This document shows positions 59,761 through 64,000 of a stretch of 64,000 nt of DNA, in pieces; position 1 is the stretch's first letter; the number at the start of each line of letters is the position of its first letter. Under the pieces are notes generated by a model. The model was not told the DNA's origin and made no database searches. It saw nothing but the letters and a program-made list of their open reading frames with translations. Source of the DNA: Sulfurovaceae bacterium (GTDB taxonomy: Bacteria > Campylobacterota > Campylobacteria > Campylobacterales > Sulfurovaceae); NCBI GenBank assembly GCA_965140575.1, contig OZ223261.1, forward strand, positions 391,243 through 455,242, read 5' to 3'. The translations under genes were made by a program, and so were the position numbers.

Positions 59761-59803
59761 AACTTGTCCTTTGGTTAAGATTGTGTTCAGTGCGTAAAGC
59801 ATT

Positions 59804-59876
59804 TTCTCTCGTTCCCATACTCTGCGTGGGAATGCATATTTCAACATTTTATCATATTTACTACAGATCGATATAT
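59804..59876. repeat. island intergenic repeat, copy R3
   Basis: TTCTCTCGTTCCCATACTCTGCGTGGGAATGCATATTTCAACATTTTATCATATTTACTACAGATCGATAT aligns with the R1/R2 core. Lacks their boundary-motif tail. Confidence 0.8.
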
Positions 59877-59938
59877 ACCCTTAAATGATGGGCGCAAAGA
59901 GTCGGATTTTGATTCCTATCTCCATCTTTCCAATCAAA

Positions 59939-60280
59939 CTATATACTATCCGTATCTTGAATATCCACAGAAGAGATTTTTGACATCTTCTCTTCAACTT
60001 TCTCAAAAAAACTATTTTGTGCTTCCTCATCCATATTTTCACTAATCATATCTAAAATGTAAAATATCCCATTTGCGTTGATCTTTTTGACACTTGCTAG
60101 ATAGTGGACAAAAGCTATCTGCTTGATATCATCGATAGAATAAAGTTTCTTTTTTATGGAGTCTTTTTTAGGTAGCAACAATCGATCTTCATACATCTTA
60201 AGTGTTCTGCTTTTCGCGCCCAATAGTTCAGCAACAGCCGAGAGAGGAAGTATATCTTTAGAGTTGTCTAAAAGAGCCAA
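59939..60280 (-). CDS. MerR/HspR-like HTH transcriptional regulator, divergent from ectABC
   Basis: 113 aa. LSAVAELLGAKSRTLKMYEDRLLLP...LYSIDDIKQIAFV matches the MerR-type HTH + wing pattern. TTG start. Confidence 0.7.
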   Translation of the reverse strand: MALLDNSKDILPLSAVAELLGAKSRTLKMYEDRLLLPKKDSIKKKLYSIDDIKQIAFVHYLASVKKINANGIFYILDMISENMDEEAQNSFFEKVEEKMSKISSVDIQDTDSI

Positions 60281-60339
60281 TAGCTCTCCTTTATTTGTAA
60301 GGTTACATAATTATATCTAATATTAATTTAATGTTACTA

Positions 60340-60378
60340 TGTTATACTCGACACAATTTGTGTTAAATTATGACACAA
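60340..60378 (+). promoter_or_regulatory. putative ectA promoter (TGtTATACT) with overlapping palindromic operator ACACAA-T-TTGTGT plus third half-site GACACAA
   Basis: Extended -10 at 60340-60348. Palindrome at 60351-60363. Half-site at 60372-60378. AAAGGA RBS before ATG 60404. Confidence 0.4.
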
Positions 60379-60403
60379 AAATCGTAATAATTTAAAGGAT
60401 AAT

Positions 60404-60916
60404 ATGTTTTTTAATAACATTAATATTGTAAATCCAACCAAGGAAGATTCAAAAGGAATCTACGAACTTATCAAGCGATCAAAACCGCTAGATCTTAACT
60501 CTGAGTATCTCTACTTGCTACAAACAGTCTATTTTGAAGGAACATGTATAGCAGCAAAACATGAAGATAAAATCATCGGTTTTGTCTCAGGCTTCAAAGC
60601 ACCAAAAGATGATAAAACATTTTTTGTATGGCAGGTCGCCGTAGACAAAGAGTATAGAGGACAAAATATCGCCTTTAGGATGCTCAAGACTCTTTTTGAT
60701 TCTAAACCACTTGAAGATATAGAGTCGATAGAAACGACTATATCACCATCAAATATCGCCTCTCAAAGAGTTTTCGAAAAATTTGCAAATGAGATGGATT
60801 TTGATAAAGAGATATCTCTCTTTGCTGCGAAGGATGATTTTTCTGACAGCCATGAAGATGAACTTTTATATCTACTAAAACCAAAAGTAAAAAAGGATAC
60901 ACATGAGAATATTTGA
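60404..60916 (+). CDS. ectA: L-2,4-diaminobutyrate acetyltransferase
   Basis: 170 aa GNAT. LDLNSEYLYLLQ...TCIAA...GFVSGF...FFVWQVAVDKEYRGQNIAFRML matches the EctA pattern. Confidence 0.88.
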   Translation: MFFNNINIVNPTKEDSKGIYELIKRSKPLDLNSEYLYLLQTVYFEGTCIAAKHEDKIIGFVSGFKAPKDDKTFFVWQVAVDKEYRGQNIAFRMLKTLFDSKPLEDIESIETTISPSNIASQRVFEKFANEMDFDKEISLFAAKDDFSDSHEDELLYLLKPKVKKDTHENI

Positions 60917-62180
60917 GACATACGAATCAGTCGTAAGAGGATATATAAGAAGCTTCCCGACTATTTTTGAAAAAGCAAAAGGCTCTTACCTCATCGATGA
61001 GCAAGGAAATGAATATATAGATTTCTTTGCAGGTGCAGGTACACTCAATTATGGACACAACAACCCAAAAGCAAGCAAAGCACTCATAGAGTATCTCCAA
61101 AATGACGGGATTGTTCATGGTTTAGATATGGCAACGACTGCAAAAAAAGCATTTATGGAGAAATTTGTCACGACGATCCTTGAGCCTAGAAATATGGAGT
61201 ATAAGCTTCAATTTACAGGACCCACAGGAACCAATGCGGTCGAAACGGCACTGAAACTTGCACGACTCGTCAAGGGACGATCCAATATCGTCTCTTTTAC
61301 CAACGGATATCATGGACTCTCGCAGGGTGCACTCTCTGTTACGGGCAATAATTTCTACAGAGATGAATCCCACATCAGCCGCTCCAATGTAACCTTTATG
61401 CCCTATGATAACTTCTTAGGAGAAGATGTAGATTCGCTCAAAGTTTTTAGAAAATACTTAGAAGATGGTAGCAGTGGACTTGATACGCCTGCTGCTGTTA
61501 TCCTAGAGACAGTGCAAGGAGAAGGCGGTATCAATGTCGCTTCAAAAGAGTGGCTTCAAGGCGTTGAATCGCTTTGTCGCGAATTTGATATGCTGCTCAT
61601 CATAGATGATATACAAGTAGGTAACGGCCGAACAGGTGATTTTTTCTCATTTGAATTTGCCAATCTTAACCCGGATATCATAACGCTGAGCAAATCCATA
61701 GGGGGTGGTTTACCTATGGCGTTAGTGCTTTTCCGTCCTGAGCTTGATCAGTGGAAGCCGGGGGAACACACAGGAACCTTTAGAGGGAACAATCTTGCCT
61801 TTGTCGCTTCGACACAACTGCTTGATTATTGGGATAACGATGATCTCTCAAAAGCGGTCTTTTATAAAGAAGAGATACTCAAAACGAAGCTTGAAGCAAT
61901 AGCTAAAAAATACAGTGATTGGGGCATGAAGGTTAAAGGGCGAGGACTCGTCTATGGGCTTGAAATTGCCAGTGAACATAGTGTTGCTTCTGATATCTCT
62001 GCAAAAGCTTTTGAAAACGGACTTATCATCGAAACATGCGGTTCAAGTTCACATGTTGTCAAATTTCTTCCACCGCTTACCGTCGATGAAGAGACACTCA
62101 TAGCCGGACTTGAACTTTTTGAGAAATCGGTTGATGCAGTCATGAAAGAGAAAAAAGATAGATTAACAGAAGGATTTTAA
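60903..62180 (+). CDS. ectB: diaminobutyrate--2-oxoglutarate transaminase
   Basis: 425 aa. FETYESVVRGYIRSFP...IDFFAGAGTLNYGHNNP and the PLP lysine region LSKSIGG. Confidence 0.9.
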   Translation: MRIFETYESVVRGYIRSFPTIFEKAKGSYLIDEQGNEYIDFFAGAGTLNYGHNNPKASKALIEYLQNDGIVHGLDMATTAKKAFMEKFVTTILEPRNMEYKLQFTGPTGTNAVETALKLARLVKGRSNIVSFTNGYHGLSQGALSVTGNNFYRDESHISRSNVTFMPYDNFLGEDVDSLKVFRKYLEDGSSGLDTPAAVILETVQGEGGINVASKEWLQGVESLCREFDMLLIIDDIQVGNGRTGDFFSFEFANLNPDIITLSKSIGGGLPMALVLFRPELDQWKPGEHTGTFRGNNLAFVASTQLLDYWDNDDLSKAVFYKEEILKTKLEAIAKKYSDWGMKVKGRGLVYGLEIASEHSVASDISAKAFENGLIIETCGSSSHVVKFLPPLTVDEETLIAGLELFEKSVDAVMKEKKDRLTEGF

Positions 62181-62572
62181 TGATAGTACGAGACATAAAA
62201 GATATCATAGGAAGCGAAAAAGAGGTACACGCCAAAGAGGGTCAATGGGTGAGCAGACGCATGTTGCTCAAAAGTGACAATATGGGATTTTCTTTTCATG
62301 AAACGATCATAAAAGCAGGAAGCAAAACACATATCCACTACAAAAATCACTTAGAAGCCGTCTATTGTGTTGCGGGAAACGGCAAGATAGAAGATCTCAA
62401 AACAGGGGAAGTACATCCGATATATGATGGCATTATGTACGCACTAAACCTCCACGATGACCATAATCTCTACGGCGGTAGTGAAGATATGCGTCTTATC
62501 TGTGTCTTCAATCCGCCGATTAAGGGTACGGAAAATCATGATGAAAACGGTGTTTACCCTTTAGAGAATTGA
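62180..62572 (+). CDS. ectC: L-ectoine synthase
   Basis: 130 aa cupin. MIVRDIKDI...FSFHETII.AGS.THIHYKNHLEAVYCV.G.G. Confidence 0.9.
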   Translation: MIVRDIKDIIGSEKEVHAKEGQWVSRRMLLKSDNMGFSFHETIIKAGSKTHIHYKNHLEAVYCVAGNGKIEDLKTGEVHPIYDGIMYALNLHDDHNLYGGSEDMRLICVFNPPIKGTENHDENGVYPLEN

Positions 62573-62577
62573 TACTC

Positions 62578-62820
62578 CTATGATGCTCTTATGTAGTTAG
62601 ATATACCAAAGAGGTTTGCATACCAATCATGATTTGTGATATATTCATCGAGCATTTTCAGATGCAACATAAATCCGTCTCCGTTATAGTGAGCGTCTTT
62701 GATATGCTCCAGCGGGATACCAAGAGTATCGCCTGCATACTCCAAGGCAAATAGCTCATATCCTATCGCGGGAGGCTCACCTTTGAGCATATCGTGAGGT
62801 ATAAAGAAAAAATCTTCCAT
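62578..62820 (-). CDS. small hypothetical protein
   Basis: 80-aa ORF packed 5 nt downstream of the DUF2325 gene. No motif recognised. Confidence 0.5.
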   Translation of the reverse strand: MEDFFFIPHDMLKGEPPAIGYELFALEYAGDTLGIPLEHIKDAHYNGDGFMLHLKMLDEYITNHDWYANLFGISNYIRAS

Positions 62821-62825
62821 CTATA

Positions 62826-63182
62826 TTACTCCTTGCTGTAGCATTTATAAAACTCTTCGCACGATTGGCATACTTTACTGTCTTGTCCTAATTCTGCCAA
62901 TGTTCTACCAAACTCATCTTTAACACACTGTACATTTCTTGTGCTATAAACGATAGGTAGACCTTTTGATTTTGCTTCTGCACGATAATGCTTCATAGCA
63001 TTGTGATTTAAAAAATTTGTTAGCATCAAAACTATCTCAACACTTACGGGGATAGGTTTATCTTTTTTGCATCTATTTTTTTGGTTTCTTGCCGTCCAAT
63101 GGATGATCGACTTCACGCCCATATCATAAAGAACTTCTCGTATGGGATCTATCTTGTCTCCGCCTAAAATCAATACCGACAT
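62826..63182 (-). CDS. DUF2325-family protein
   Basis: 118 aa. ILGGD...IHWTAR...LTNFLNHNAMKHYRAEAKSKGLPIVY pattern, plus C-terminal CQSCEEFYKC. Confidence 0.65.
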   Translation of the reverse strand: MSVLILGGDKIDPIREVLYDMGVKSIIHWTARNQKNRCKKDKPIPVSVEIVLMLTNFLNHNAMKHYRAEAKSKGLPIVYSTRNVQCVKDEFGRTLAELGQDSKVCQSCEEFYKCYSKE

Positions 63183-63192
63183 CTTTACTCCC

Positions 63193-63690
63193 TTAGATTA
63201 TCTTCTCTTTTATCTGAGAACACCACTGCTCTATGCGAGATGCACTCAACTCACTCTCATTATCTTCATCGAGCGCCAACCCGACAAAATAACCCTCCTC
63301 AATCTCTGCAGCAGATGCATCATGGATGTACCCCTCGCTCGACCATTCGCCCACGACAATACCTCCGTTCTTTACGACGACTTCATAGATTGATCCCATA
63401 GCATCAAGGTAATTATCACCGTAACACTCTTGATCGCCTAGTCCAAAAAGCGCTACTGTCTTGCCTTTAAAATCTATCTCTTTGAAAGTTGCCCATTCAT
63501 CATCCCAGTCATCTTGCAAATCACCGCTTCCCCAAGTAGAAGTTCCAAGGATAATCTTCTCATATTGCTCTATTTTTGCTGCACCCTCTTTTGCAATATC
63601 GAACACCTCTTGTATACCAAGGTTCTTTGCAATTTCCTTTGCTGCACTCTCTGTATTTCCCGTACTACTTCCATAAAATATTGCACTCAT
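63193..63690 (-). CDS. fldA: long-chain flavodoxin
   Basis: IFYGSSTGNTE FMN-phosphate loop, STWGSGDLQDDW, 165 aa. Confidence 0.92.
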   Translation of the reverse strand: MSAIFYGSSTGNTESAAKEIAKNLGIQEVFDIAKEGAAKIEQYEKIILGTSTWGSGDLQDDWDDEWATFKEIDFKGKTVALFGLGDQECYGDNYLDAMGSIYEVVVKNGGIVVGEWSSEGYIHDASAAEIEEGYFVGLALDEDNESELSASRIEQWCSQIKEKII

Positions 63691-63705
63691 ATATTTTTCT
63701 CCTTT

Positions 63706-64000
63706 TTATTTTAAAATTGATCGCATTGAGTATGGAACAATTTTGATCCTATACTCCCCTAGAAGATCAAGGTGCGGTACCTTGATCGGTATGTGTTTTT
63801 TGAACATTTTATTTTTCGGATAAACAAGGTAGACCTGTTTAAACGAAGTCTGCTCTATGCACTCTACAGCTTTTTGAATATGCTCATCTATAGCACATTT
63901 ATCGGGCCGGAGCATTTGCCAAAAAGGAAATATCTTCACCTTTTCATCTTCGTTGAGTACAACATCGATGCACTCTTTAAACTGTACTATCTCCTCTTCT
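63706..64000 (-). CDS. hypothetical protein, C-terminal part (N-terminus outside window)
   Basis: The frame of track ORF 63706..63939 stays open upstream to the window edge (EEEIVQFKECIDVVLNEDEK-VKIFPFWQ...), so the track's GTG start is probably internal. Confidence 0.5.
   Translation of the reverse strand, partial: EEEIVQFKECIDVVLNEDEKVKIFPFWQMLRPDKCAIDEHIQKAVECIEQTSFKQVYLVYPKNKMFKKHIPIKVPHLDLLGEYRIKIVPYSMRSILK

Noticed and set aside
59761-59847. N-terminal extension MLKYAFPRRVWEREKMLYALNTILTKGQV of track ORF 59206..59847
   Set aside because: This is repeat R3 read in frame. A good RBS precedes the internal ATG at 59760, which directly yields a lipoprotein signal peptide.
56021-59876. CRISPR array
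   Set aside because: There are only three long (75-115 bp) imperfect copies separated by 1-2.5 kb of coding DNA, with no short regular spacers and no cas genes.
54932-59938. Classical integron cassette array
   Set aside because: The layout is cassette-like, but there is no intI-type integrase next to the array. The repeats lack the RYYYAAC...GTTRRRY attC core pair: only GTTGAAA is present, which fails the last position. Their two ends are not mutually complementary.

Overview
This is a chromosomal window from a Campylobacterota (epsilonproteobacterial) genome. The assignment rests on gene content and Campylobacter-like synteny: acidic protein-gmk-tatA-argS, fldA with a DUF2325 neighbour, and a nuo operon lacking nuoE/nuoF. 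About 80% is tightly packed housekeeping DNA. It includes dnaG, rnhA, rnc, aroC, pssA, a UbiA prenyltransferase, tRNA-Arg, gmk, tatA, argS, rsfS, nadD, gapA-pgk-tpiA, nusA, miaB, a Xer-type recombinase, tilS, rimO and miaA. A 17.4 kb nuo operon (26986-44362, minus strand), three beta-barrel outer-membrane proteins, an iorAB-paaI-paaK-ACT aryl-pyruvate cluster and a fadD-like ligase are also present. Two regions stand out. (1) The complex I electron-input module is non-canonical. Between nuoD and nuoH lie a 77-aa protein, a 670-aa fusion of a NuoF-C-terminal-like domain with a GltD-type NAD(P)H flavoprotein, and two tandem NuoG-like proteins. (2) An AT-rich accessory island (about 54.9-59.9 kb) carries roughly ten small same-strand ORFs: lipoproteins, small TM proteins, a TM+zinc-ribbon protein and a CPCC protein. 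The island is punctuated by a three-copy 75-115 bp repeat and a recurring AATATAGGnGTCAGGTGA-type motif that brackets single genes as inverted repeats. It also holds a 102-bp direct duplication and a truncated recombinase/transposase-like HTH remnant. I consider this island the best candidate for an undescribed cassette or orphan-immunity-like system. Next to it is ectABC with a divergent MerR/HspR-like regulator. No CRISPR array, rRNA, intact IS or prophage was seen. All self-derived coordinates were anchored on ORF-track boundaries and may be off by 1-2 nt.
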